DNA of 64,000 nucleotides from an uncultured Verrucomicrobiota bacterium (GTDB taxonomy: Bacteria; Verrucomicrobiota; Kiritimatiellia; CAIQIC01; CAZMXS01), in assembly GCA_964570325.1 (NCBI GenBank), contig CAZMXS010000009.1, positions 29,894 through 93,893 of the forward strand, read 5' to 3'. The notes under the pieces are model-generated. The model had not been told where the DNA came from. It did no database searches and was given only the letters and a program-made list of their open reading frames with translations. Positions within the stretch are counted from its first letter, which is position 1. Each line of letters opens with the position of its first letter. The position numbers and the translations under genes were made by a program. Positions 35,713 through 43,918 of this stretch are shown one piece after another.

Positions 35713-35743
35713 TGCAATATAAAACATTGTATTTGATATTGCA
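35713..35743. promoter_or_regulatory. 8-bp perfect inverted repeat upstream of the second ATPase gene
   Basis: TGCAATAT-15 nt-ATATTGCA, ending 5 nt before the ATG at 35748. Confidence 0.35.
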
Positions 35744-35747
35744 CGGT

Positions 35748-36974
35748 ATGAAAAGGGCTTGTGAAGGATTGCTGGCGGAGCGTCTGAGGCAGTTCCCGTG
35801 TGTGGCGATAATCGGACCGCGGCAATGTGGCAAGACGACGCTTCTGGGCACCTTGCCGGACACATGGAAGCGTATAGATCTTGAACAACGCGCCGATTTT
35901 CAGGCCGTGTCTCAGGATCCAGATTTATTTTTACGCCTGAACCCATGCCGGGTCGCATTTGACGAGGCGCAGATATTGCCGTCGCTGTTTTCAGCGTTGC
36001 GGGTGGCAATCGACAGTGCTCGTACTGAAAAGGGACGATACGTCATTACCGGCTCCAGTTCGCCCGCGCTTTTGCGCTCGGTGTCGGAATCGCTGGCGGG
36101 GCGCATCGCGATCATCGAAATGGCGCCGTTCAGTTGGTCGGAGATTTGCGGAGAGCGCAAGGAATCGTTCGTAGAAAGGCTGATGGACCGCCGTGTCGCC
36201 CCGAACGAGTTGATCGCCGGCTTGAAGCCGCGTGGCGATATTCGCGAAGCGCACCGCTATTGGTTTCTTGGGGGCTATCCCGAGCCATGGCTGGACGGGA
36301 CCGCCACGTTTCACTCGGCGTGGATGGAGCAGTATATTCAGACCTATCTTTACCGGGATGTTGGCCGGCTGTTTCCAGGTCTGGATCAGGTGCGGTTCCG
36401 TCAATTCCTGCTTCTGCTCGGCGGGCTATCGGGAACCGTGATCAACCACGCGGAAGTGGCGCGAGCCCTCGGGGTGTCGCAGCCGACGGCGCGCGACTAT
36501 TTCGAGATCGCGCACGGCACTTTTCTCTGGCGTCGCTTGACGGCTTGCACCCGCGATGCCACGCATCGGCTAGTCAAGCATCCCAAGGGTTATTTACGGG
36601 ATTCGGGGCTGTTGCATCATCTGCTGCGAATCCCGGACTTGGACGCCTTGCTTGGCCATCCGCGCATGGGGGCGTCATGGGAAGGCATGGTCATCGAGGA
36701 GGTGCTGCGCCAGTTGACCGCATTGGGGGCGGGGTTTGACGCGTCTTTTTATCGCACGTCGTCCGGCGGTGAGGTTGATTTGGTCATTGAGAGCGATTTT
36801 GGTCCGATTGCCATCGAGATCAAATACACGCAAGGGGCCGACTGGCGCGATCTGCGCGCGCTGCGCAACTTCGTGGCGGAACAGAAATGCCGCGTGGGCG
36901 TGCTGATCAGTAATGATGTCGCCCCGCGGTTGTATGACGATAAAATCGTGGGCGTGCCGTTTGTCTGCCTGTAG
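35748..36974 (+). CDS. AAA+ ATPase with DUF4143 (second paralog)
   Basis: Walker A GPRQCGKT, FDEAQ motif and a C-terminal EVDLVIE DUF4143-like region. Confidence 0.8.
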   Translation: MKRACEGLLAERLRQFPCVAIIGPRQCGKTTLLGTLPDTWKRIDLEQRADFQAVSQDPDLFLRLNPCRVAFDEAQILPSLFSALRVAIDSARTEKGRYVITGSSSPALLRSVSESLAGRIAIIEMAPFSWSEICGERKESFVERLMDRRVAPNELIAGLKPRGDIREAHRYWFLGGYPEPWLDGTATFHSAWMEQYIQTYLYRDVGRLFPGLDQVRFRQFLLLLGGLSGTVINHAEVARALGVSQPTARDYFEIAHGTFLWRRLTACTRDATHRLVKHPKGYLRDSGLLHHLLRIPDLDALLGHPRMGASWEGMVIEEVLRQLTALGAGFDASFYRTSSGGEVDLVIESDFGPIAIEIKYTQGADWRDLRALRNFVAEQKCRVGVLISNDVAPRLYDDKIVGVPFVCL

Positions 36975-37013
36975 ATATACGCGGGAACAGCATTCATTCA
37001 CCCGGTTGATGAC

Positions 37014-38990
37014 TCATTTCAAGGTCACGGCGTAGATCTTGAACCCAAATCGCGAGGCGACTGGCACGGCTCGCGGGTTCACTTGCCGCAGCCAGGCGGG
37101 TGGGTCATGGCGGGTGGCCAATCGTGAACCCAGCGTCATTCCGATGCCGTCGCCTCCCATCATCCCGTACTGGCAATAAGACCAGTCGGCTATGACATTC
37201 GGGCGAGTGTCGACCAGCACGTATTTCAAGCCACGGGATCTGACAACCTGCTCAGCCTTGAGTTCGCCATAATCGGCAAAGAAGTCGGCAGCCGCATGCA
37301 AGCCGGCGGCGTTGTCCCAGTACAAGCCGCCGGTTCCAAGCAGGTTCCCGTAGTATTGGTAGTAGGGCGTTTCAAAGCCGCTCAAGATCGGAATGCCGGG
37401 GCGGCCTGAGATGGCGGCCAGTTCCCAGGCAATCGAGCGCAGCGCAATGGCCCGGCCCAATGGCGGCGGTATTCGGCCGGCAGCTCGCATCTCCAGCAGT
37501 TGCCGCCATTCGGGCACAGCCTGCAGCAGGCCGGCGGATACGAGCAGCAACAGGATTGCCGTCTGAATGCTCAAAGATAACGTCCGGCTTTGCACCATGG
37601 CGATGATCGCGAACACAGCCGCGACGGCGCTTAATGAGACGGTGGCGTTCAGCCCCGCGAGGCGGTTGTATTTCAGCGCGAGGACGGTGGTGACCAGGGC
37701 CGGTACTACGCCGGCCAACAGAAACGCGCGCCAGCGCATGGGAAGCGTCCGGTTCAATAGAAACGCCGCGCCGGCGAGCGCAATGGCCGGCATGATTCCA
37801 AAAAACTGGAAGAATTGCAGCCATCCGGCGGCGCTGGCCAGGGATGTGGTGGATTTGAATTCCCGAATGCATTCGTGAACCCGAACGATGAATGGATCGC
37901 GCAAGGTGTTCCACTCCACGGGGCCGACAGTCAGCGCCAGCGGAAGGGCGAGGATGCCGATGAGATCGAGGGCAATGGGCAAACACCGCTTCATGCCGCC
38001 GGCCGCGATATCAGGCGCTTGTGATGGCGGCAGGGTCGCGGCCTGTCGCGCGCGAATCCATGCCAGCATGCGAGCCAAGCCATCACCCCCGCAGAACCAG
38101 GCCAGCGCATATAGCGGATGATTGACTTCCAGCCGCATTCCCATGTGGTTCGGGAAATACTCGAGGATATAGAAAACCAGCCCGGTCAGGGCGCCGCTCA
38201 TTCCCCAGGCGCGAATGGCCGCGTCGGGAAAACCGCCGCGCGCGAGCCACGGCAAACCGAGCAGGATTGCCAGGCCGGCGGCGGCGATTACCAGCGAAGA
38301 AAAGCCGGCTTGAATCCACAAGGCAAGACCGCCAAAAACGCCTGCGGCTATGAACCAACCGTGTGGTCGGCAACTTTCATTCCGCGCCCAGCGCAGCCAT
38401 CCGGCCAGCAGGCAGAGGAGCAATCCCAGCACCATCAGATCGACCAGCCCGGGATGGTCGACCCGGCCAAACCGGAAATCACGGCGCAAAGGCCACGAAA
38501 GCGCGAAACTCAGCAGCAGCGCGGCAAAGCCGGCAATCCCGACTCCGCGCAGTGCCACGGCGGCGATCAGCAACATGGCGGCGAACTGAACGATTGGATT
38601 ACACCAGAGGGCGGCGGGCTCAAGTTGTGCGTCCAGCGTGGCGCGCGTCCATATGATTTGCACCCGTGCGATCAGCAGGTTCAACCAGCAAAGGCCGGAG
38701 TGCCAGGTGTTGCCGCGCCCATAGGGGGCATTGTCCAGTTGCGTGTGCCGGATGCGCCACTGGCCGGTTTGCCGCATCTCGCGCGCGTATGAAATCCAGT
38801 AGAATGAGTCGGGATCGATGAAGATCAGCGGCGCTGGCTCGGCGGTCCGGACGAATCCCTGTTGGGGATCGGCCACGATTTGCCGGGAGGGCTTGAGCCA
38901 AGTTTCGTTTTTCAGCCAGCCGTCGAAGGCAATAATGGCAATGGCGGCGAGCAGGATGAGGATGGCGGCTGATAGGCGGATCCATTTCAT
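37014..38990 (-). CDS. Polytopic membrane protein, tentatively STT3/AglB-like GT-C with a divergent WWDYG region
   Basis: About 13 TM segments. First-loop FIDPDSFYWISYAR resembles the STT3 DP.FNYR motif. C-terminal ILSGFETPYYQYYG...GGLYWDN...RSRGLKYVLV is colinear with STT3 SWWDYGYQI...VDNNTWNN...YVLV. Start at ATG 38990. Confidence 0.45.
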   Translation of the reverse strand: MKWIRLSAAILILLAAIAIIAFDGWLKNETWLKPSRQIVADPQQGFVRTAEPAPLIFIDPDSFYWISYAREMRQTGQWRIRHTQLDNAPYGRGNTWHSGLCWLNLLIARVQIIWTRATLDAQLEPAALWCNPIVQFAAMLLIAAVALRGVGIAGFAALLLSFALSWPLRRDFRFGRVDHPGLVDLMVLGLLLCLLAGWLRWARNESCRPHGWFIAAGVFGGLALWIQAGFSSLVIAAAGLAILLGLPWLARGGFPDAAIRAWGMSGALTGLVFYILEYFPNHMGMRLEVNHPLYALAWFCGGDGLARMLAWIRARQAATLPPSQAPDIAAGGMKRCLPIALDLIGILALPLALTVGPVEWNTLRDPFIVRVHECIREFKSTTSLASAAGWLQFFQFFGIMPAIALAGAAFLLNRTLPMRWRAFLLAGVVPALVTTVLALKYNRLAGLNATVSLSAVAAVFAIIAMVQSRTLSLSIQTAILLLLVSAGLLQAVPEWRQLLEMRAAGRIPPPLGRAIALRSIAWELAAISGRPGIPILSGFETPYYQYYGNLLGTGGLYWDNAAGLHAAADFFADYGELKAEQVVRSRGLKYVLVDTRPNVIADWSYCQYGMMGGDGIGMTLGSRLATRHDPPAWLRQVNPRAVPVASRFGFKIYAVTLK

Positions 38991-39004
38991 AGGGCAAAGA
39001 GGAA

Positions 39005-39040
39005 ATAGCCACAAAAAGCCCGAAAAGTCACGAAAAGTCG
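39005..39040 (-). promoter_or_regulatory. Phased T-tract upstream element (copy B), ends 14 nt before the ATG
   Basis: Minus strand reads CGACTTTTCGTGACTTTTCGGGCTTTTTGTGGCTAT. Confidence 0.5.
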
Positions 39041-39114
39041 GGGTGCCCCACCTGCGTCAGATGGCGGATTTCTTGGCGTGTTGCATGCTTTGATGGTATA
39101 GATTACACAAGATT

Positions 39115-41103
39115 ATGAAGATCAGGCATCTGGCGATGGCGGCGTGTTTGCTGGTGGTGCTGGCCGGATTGTTCCTCTGGCAGCGCGCTGCGGAGCGACC
39201 GCCCAATCTGCTCTTTATCACCCTCGACACGATGCGGGCCGATCATCTGGGCTGCTATGGCAATACCAACGCGCTGACGCCCGTCTTGGACCGGTTGGCG
39301 GCCGACGGGACGCTTTTTGAGCAAGTTATGGCGAGCTGCCCGGTTACATTGCCTTCGCACGCGACCATGTTTACCGGGCTCAATCCGCCGGAGCATGGAT
39401 TACGCAACAATGCCCGCGGCAGCCTGGCATCCACCATCCCGGTGCTGGCCGAAATCCTCAAGCGCCGCGGCTATCGGACCGGCGCGATCATTGCCGCGCC
39501 CATTCTCAGCGCGAAATACGGATTGGCGCGGGGCTTCGATTACTATGACGATCGCGATACCGGATTGCGCGACGAGCATGAAGGGGTGCCGCTGTATGGA
39601 CCGGGTGACGACCAGGATTTGCGCCGCTATCGGCCGGGCAACGAGATTGCTGACGCGGCCCTGGAGTGGCTGAGCCGCGCGGACGGCGCCGCCAAGCCGT
39701 TTTTCTGCTGGGCGCACTTCTATGATCCGCATCAGCCCTATCATGCCCATACCAACTTGTTTGGGGCGCGGTTTGTGAATGCCGAATATGACGGCGACGC
39801 GGCCTTCATGGATATCCAGATCGGGCGCTTGCTTGAGTTCCTTGACCAGCGCGGCTGGCGTCAGAACACCATTGTGGTCGCAGTGGGCGACCATGGACAG
39901 GGATTGGATGAACACAACGAAAAAACCCACGGCTTCATGCTCTACAACACGACGATGCAATGTCCCTTGATCATTGCCCCGCCCGGCCGGAAGGCGGCGG
40001 GCCGGCGCATCGCCGCCTTGCTGCCCCTGGCGGACCTGTTCCCGACGGTATTGGAATTGCTGGGCGTCCCACCGCCGCCGGATCATCCTGCCCGCAGTTT
40101 TGCCGCCGCGTTGGGCGGCGCGGTCGTTGCCTCGCGGCCCTGCTATGGGGAAACGATGTTGCCATATCAAGGCTACGGCTGGAGTCCGCTCTGGAGCTAT
40201 ACGACGCCGGAATGGAAATATATCCGCACCCCGGAGCCGGAGCTCTATGATCGCCGGACCGATCCACGGGAATTGCGCAATCTGGCGGGCGAACAAGCCG
40301 CCAAACTGGCGGAGTTGGATAGCCAGTTGACCGCCATGCAGGCGGGCATGCGCCCGGCGGCAGCGGCGGCAGTTACCTTGAGCGCGGCCGACAAGCGGCA
40401 GTTGCAGAGTCTGGGATACACGGCCGGCGGAAGCGCCGACGCCGGGCCGGCCGATTACCGGAAGCTGCGCGACATCAAGGAGATGATTGCCATTCCTGAC
40501 ATGTACGGGATGATGATGACCGCCTTCCGCCAGCGCGATTTCGGGGAGCGAACTCAAGCCTTGTGCGAGGAACTGATCCGATTGAGCCCTGAAACGGCAA
40601 CGTTCCACAACGATCTGGGGACGATCTGGGTCAATCGCGGCGACTTTCAGCGCGCCGAGGAGTGTTATCGCGCGGCGTTGGCGCGCGATCCTGGATTCCT
40701 GGATGTGTACAATAATCTGGGGATTGCCCTGGCCCGGCAGGGACGGTTTCCGGAAGCAATCGCCGAATATGAAGCGGCGCTGGCGATCCAGCCGCAAGAG
40801 GGCAAGGTGCTGGCCAACCTGGCGATCACATACAACGATTATGGCTATGCCCTGGGCCGCCAGGGGGATTTCACCGGCGCCGTGGAACGTTTCAACCAGT
40901 CGCTGGCGTTGAACCCCAACGCGGCGGAGACGCATCAGAACCTGGGGGTGGCCCTGATGGGGCTGCGGGACTTTGCGGCGGCCGTTGCGCAATTTGAGAT
41001 GGCGTTGAGTATTCGGCCGAATTATCCGATTGCGAGCCACAACCTGGCGATTGCCCGGCGGCGTCTGGCGGGGGAGAGCGGAAATGAACAACAACAGAAT
41101 TGA
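39115..41103 (+). CDS. Sulfatase-like (alkaline-phosphatase superfamily) hydrolase/transferase fused to C-terminal TPR repeats
   Basis: ITLDTMRADHLGCYG metal site. The FGly box reads PVTLPSHATMFTG (Thr/His where Cys/Arg are expected). The C-terminal ~170 aa are TPR-like. Confidence 0.75.
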   Translation: MKIRHLAMAACLLVVLAGLFLWQRAAERPPNLLFITLDTMRADHLGCYGNTNALTPVLDRLAADGTLFEQVMASCPVTLPSHATMFTGLNPPEHGLRNNARGSLASTIPVLAEILKRRGYRTGAIIAAPILSAKYGLARGFDYYDDRDTGLRDEHEGVPLYGPGDDQDLRRYRPGNEIADAALEWLSRADGAAKPFFCWAHFYDPHQPYHAHTNLFGARFVNAEYDGDAAFMDIQIGRLLEFLDQRGWRQNTIVVAVGDHGQGLDEHNEKTHGFMLYNTTMQCPLIIAPPGRKAAGRRIAALLPLADLFPTVLELLGVPPPPDHPARSFAAALGGAVVASRPCYGETMLPYQGYGWSPLWSYTTPEWKYIRTPEPELYDRRTDPRELRNLAGEQAAKLAELDSQLTAMQAGMRPAAAAAVTLSAADKRQLQSLGYTAGGSADAGPADYRKLRDIKEMIAIPDMYGMMMTAFRQRDFGERTQALCEELIRLSPETATFHNDLGTIWVNRGDFQRAEECYRAALARDPGFLDVYNNLGIALARQGRFPEAIAEYEAALAIQPQEGKVLANLAITYNDYGYALGRQGDFTGAVERFNQSLALNPNAAETHQNLGVALMGLRDFAAAVAQFEMALSIRPNYPIASHNLAIARRRLAGESGNEQQQN

Positions 41104-43075
41104 TCGCGTGCGGTTCGGCAGGGCGCGCGCGCTGGCGGGCGCCGCATTGGTCGGGGTCATGCTGCTGGCGGCCGGATGCTCCGGGAAGAATGAACATCCG
41201 AATCTGCTCCTGATCACGATGGATACCACGCGGGCGGATCGGATCGGCTGCTATGGCTGTTCCCATGCGGTGACGCCGGCGCTCGATGGCCTGGCGCGAT
41301 TGGGCGTGGTATTCGACCGGGCTTACACCTGTGTGCCGATCACTCTGCCGGCGCATGCCTCGATTATGACCGGTCTCTATCCGCCCGAGCACGGCCTGCG
41401 TACGAACGGCAAAAATGCCTTGGGGCGCGATATCCCCACGCTCGCGGAAATCCTGTTGCGGGAGAACTATCTGAATGGGGCGTTTATCGCGGCCAGCGTG
41501 CTGGCGCCGGTATATGGGCTGAACCGGGGTTTTGATGTGTATGATGCCGGTTCCAATACGGTTTCGGCCCTGGCCAATCCGATGCTGGCCGATCAGCAGA
41601 ACCTGCCGTACCGGCGGGGCGATGAGGTTGCGGATGCGGCGTTGCGCTGGTTGGGAAGCCTGCCCCCTGGGCAACGCTTCTTTTGCTGGGTGCATTTTTA
41701 TGATCCCCATCCGCCCCTCCACATGTATCCGGAACTGTTCCGCGACAGCCTGACCAATGCCTATGACGCGGAAGTGGCGTTCATGGACCGCCAGATTGGA
41801 CGGTTGCGCCAGTTCCTGGTGAACCGCCGGCTGGATACCCGGACCATTGTGGTGGCGGTGGCCGATCATGGCGAGGGCCTGGGCGACCATGGTGAGGAGT
41901 CGCATGGCTTTTTTCTGTACAATACCACGCTGCGCGTGCCGATGATCATTGCCTGGCCGGGCAAGGTCCGGCATGGTGTCCGCAATGGCGGGACGGTTGG
42001 GAGCGTGGATCTCTTGCCGACCCTGCTGGATCTCATGGGGATTACGCCGCCGGAGGGCCGGCGGGACGAGTATGCCCGGCGGAGTTTCGCCAAAGCCTGC
42101 CACGGGATGCCGCTGCCTACCCGGGAATATTACGCCGAAACCATTCTGCCCTATTTGAACTTCGGTTGGTCGCCGCTTTTCTCACTGGTAAATCCCAGTT
42201 GGAAATACATCCGGGCGCCCGCCCGCGAGTTGTATGACCTGCTGACCGATCCCGGCGAGCGCATAAACCTGGCCAGTGGAAGCCCGGCGACGGCCGCGGA
42301 AATGGACGATCGGATTTCAGTTCTCCAGCGGCAAATGCTGCCGGGCGCGGCCAAAGGCATTCGGTTGAGCGACGCGCAGCGGCGTCAGTTGGCCAGTTTG
42401 GGCTATGTTGCCGGGACCCAGTTCGACGAACTGCCGGATGAGAAAAAAGAGCTGGCTGATCCGAAGGACATGAAAGAGATCATTGAACTTCAGTCGGCCG
42501 TGTTAACCCGGCTGCAGGCCGGCGATACAGGGGATAAGGTTCTGGCGATGTGCCGCCAGATCATCGCCGCCAGCCCGGGGACGGCCATGTTTCATGAGTG
42601 GCTGGGCTTGATCCTGGCCGGCCAAGGCAACCTGGGCGCGGCCCGCCAGGCTTTCCAGGAGGCCTTGAAAATGGCGCCCAATGAAGTGACGGCGCACAAC
42701 AATTACGGGCTGGCCCTGGCGCGCCAAGGCGAGTTTGCGGAGGCGATCGAGCGTTTCAGCGAGGCGCGGCGCCTGAATCCCATAGATGAATCGGTACAGC
42801 AGAATCTGGCCACCGCCTGCAATCAATATGGGATGAAACTCGGGCAGGCCGGTGACTACACGGGCGCCGTGAAGTATCTTTCCCTGGCCGTGGAAGCCCG
42901 GCCCGGTATGGCCGAGGCGCATCAGAATCTGGGTTCGGCATTGATGGGGTTGCGGCGCTATGACGAAGCGATTCGCCAGTTGGAGGAGGCCTTGCGCATT
43001 CGGCCGGACTATCCGACTGCCTTTCGGAATCTGGAAACAGCGCGGCGGCTGGCGGGCCGGGATGAGGGCCAGTGA
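41084..43075 (+). CDS. Sulfatase-like hydrolase/transferase-TPR lipoprotein (paralog)
   Basis: Lipobox LLAAGC. ITMDTTRADRIGCYG and PITLPAHASIMTG motifs. The TPR tail closely parallels that of the previous gene. Start at the internal ATG of ORF 41030..43075. Confidence 0.75.
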   Translation: MNNNRIDRVRFGRARALAGAALVGVMLLAAGCSGKNEHPNLLLITMDTTRADRIGCYGCSHAVTPALDGLARLGVVFDRAYTCVPITLPAHASIMTGLYPPEHGLRTNGKNALGRDIPTLAEILLRENYLNGAFIAASVLAPVYGLNRGFDVYDAGSNTVSALANPMLADQQNLPYRRGDEVADAALRWLGSLPPGQRFFCWVHFYDPHPPLHMYPELFRDSLTNAYDAEVAFMDRQIGRLRQFLVNRRLDTRTIVVAVADHGEGLGDHGEESHGFFLYNTTLRVPMIIAWPGKVRHGVRNGGTVGSVDLLPTLLDLMGITPPEGRRDEYARRSFAKACHGMPLPTREYYAETILPYLNFGWSPLFSLVNPSWKYIRAPARELYDLLTDPGERINLASGSPATAAEMDDRISVLQRQMLPGAAKGIRLSDAQRRQLASLGYVAGTQFDELPDEKKELADPKDMKEIIELQSAVLTRLQAGDTGDKVLAMCRQIIAASPGTAMFHEWLGLILAGQGNLGAARQAFQEALKMAPNEVTAHNNYGLALARQGEFAEAIERFSEARRLNPIDESVQQNLATACNQYGMKLGQAGDYTGAVKYLSLAVEARPGMAEAHQNLGSALMGLRRYDEAIRQLEEALRIRPDYPTAFRNLETARRLAGRDEGQ

Positions 43076-43092
43076 TCAGTAATCAGATATGA
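43069..43092. repeat. Heptamer array
   Basis: CCAGTGA TCAGTAA TCAGATA TGA. Contains the gene stop plus stops in the other frames. Confidence 0.65.
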
Positions 43093-43172
43093 CGGCTGGA
43101 TGGCCGCGCCGCCACCCGCCCCGCCGGAGCGCGGGCAGGAGCCCGCGTTCAATTGGTTCTTCTAATCGGCCA

Positions 43173-43844
43173 TCAAGGGGTCGCGGTTGCGCCCGGTTGA
43201 TTGGTGCCGGCCGGCGCGGACGAGTGCTTCTTGTACCAATGCTCGGACCGTTTGATGTGGCGGCCCAGTCCGAGATCGGTGGCTTGCTCGAAGTAGGTTT
43301 CAAAGCCTTTGGGGTCGAAAGTGGTCCCCATTTGATCCAGTTCCGCTAGGTTCACGAAAGGACGATTGCAGCCGCGTGGATCTTTGGAATAGCCGATGCC
43401 GAACAGGAAGCCGATATTCCGCATGGCTTGCTTCTTGAGCCGGAAGATAAATTGATCCGGCGCTCCTTCCGCGGGTTTGAGCAAGTTGACATTGACCAAG
43501 GCCCAGCGACTTTCGGGCGCGACGATACTGTATTCCGCGATCGGATTGGCCGGCGCCACCAGGGCGACGAAACAGACATCTTCCGGGGTCATCAGATCAA
43601 TCAGCTTCCGGCCTTGATCGAAAAGGTTGGCTGTCGGGTCCGGCTGCGTCTCGACCGCGCGCACCTTGGTCATCAGGAAGGTCTCGAGATGCGCGCGCAC
43701 GGCCTCCAGCGTGTCGTTATCCACGGCGCCGACATTGATTAGGGCGATTGTTTTTTCAACGGGTTCCTCCGCCAATGCCGCCGGCGCAACGGCCATCACG
43801 GCCAACCCCATCATGGCCAAAGCCAATAATCCGCGGATTTTCAT
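43173..43844 (-). CDS. Secreted hypothetical protein
   Basis: Signal peptide MKIRGLLALAMMGLAVMAVAPAALA. No family recognised. Confidence 0.55.
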   Translation of the reverse strand: MKIRGLLALAMMGLAVMAVAPAALAEEPVEKTIALINVGAVDNDTLEAVRAHLETFLMTKVRAVETQPDPTANLFDQGRKLIDLMTPEDVCFVALVAPANPIAEYSIVAPESRWALVNVNLLKPAEGAPDQFIFRLKKQAMRNIGFLFGIGYSKDPRGCNRPFVNLAELDQMGTTFDPKGFETYFEQATDLGLGRHIKRSEHWYKKHSSAPAGTNQPGATATP

Positions 43845-43918
43845 TCCATCCTCCGAACCTTTGGTTATGGAAAAATACGCCGGCTGATATTATCAATCAG
43901 TTTTGAAAACGCAAGCCG

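Noticed and set aside
30404-37000. Annotating the TA/ATPase stretch as a mobile element (genomic island, prophage or integrative element).
   Set aside because: No integrase, transposase, phage structural gene, tRNA attachment site or clear long terminal repeats are visible. Only short GC-rich motifs bracket the inner cassette.
39115-43075. Calling the two sulfatase-domain proteins true (formylglycine) sulfatases.
   Set aside because: The C/S-x-P-x-R box is replaced by T-L-P-S/A-H, so an FGly-dependent sulfatase function is unlikely. They are annotated as sulfatase-like hydrolase/transferase.
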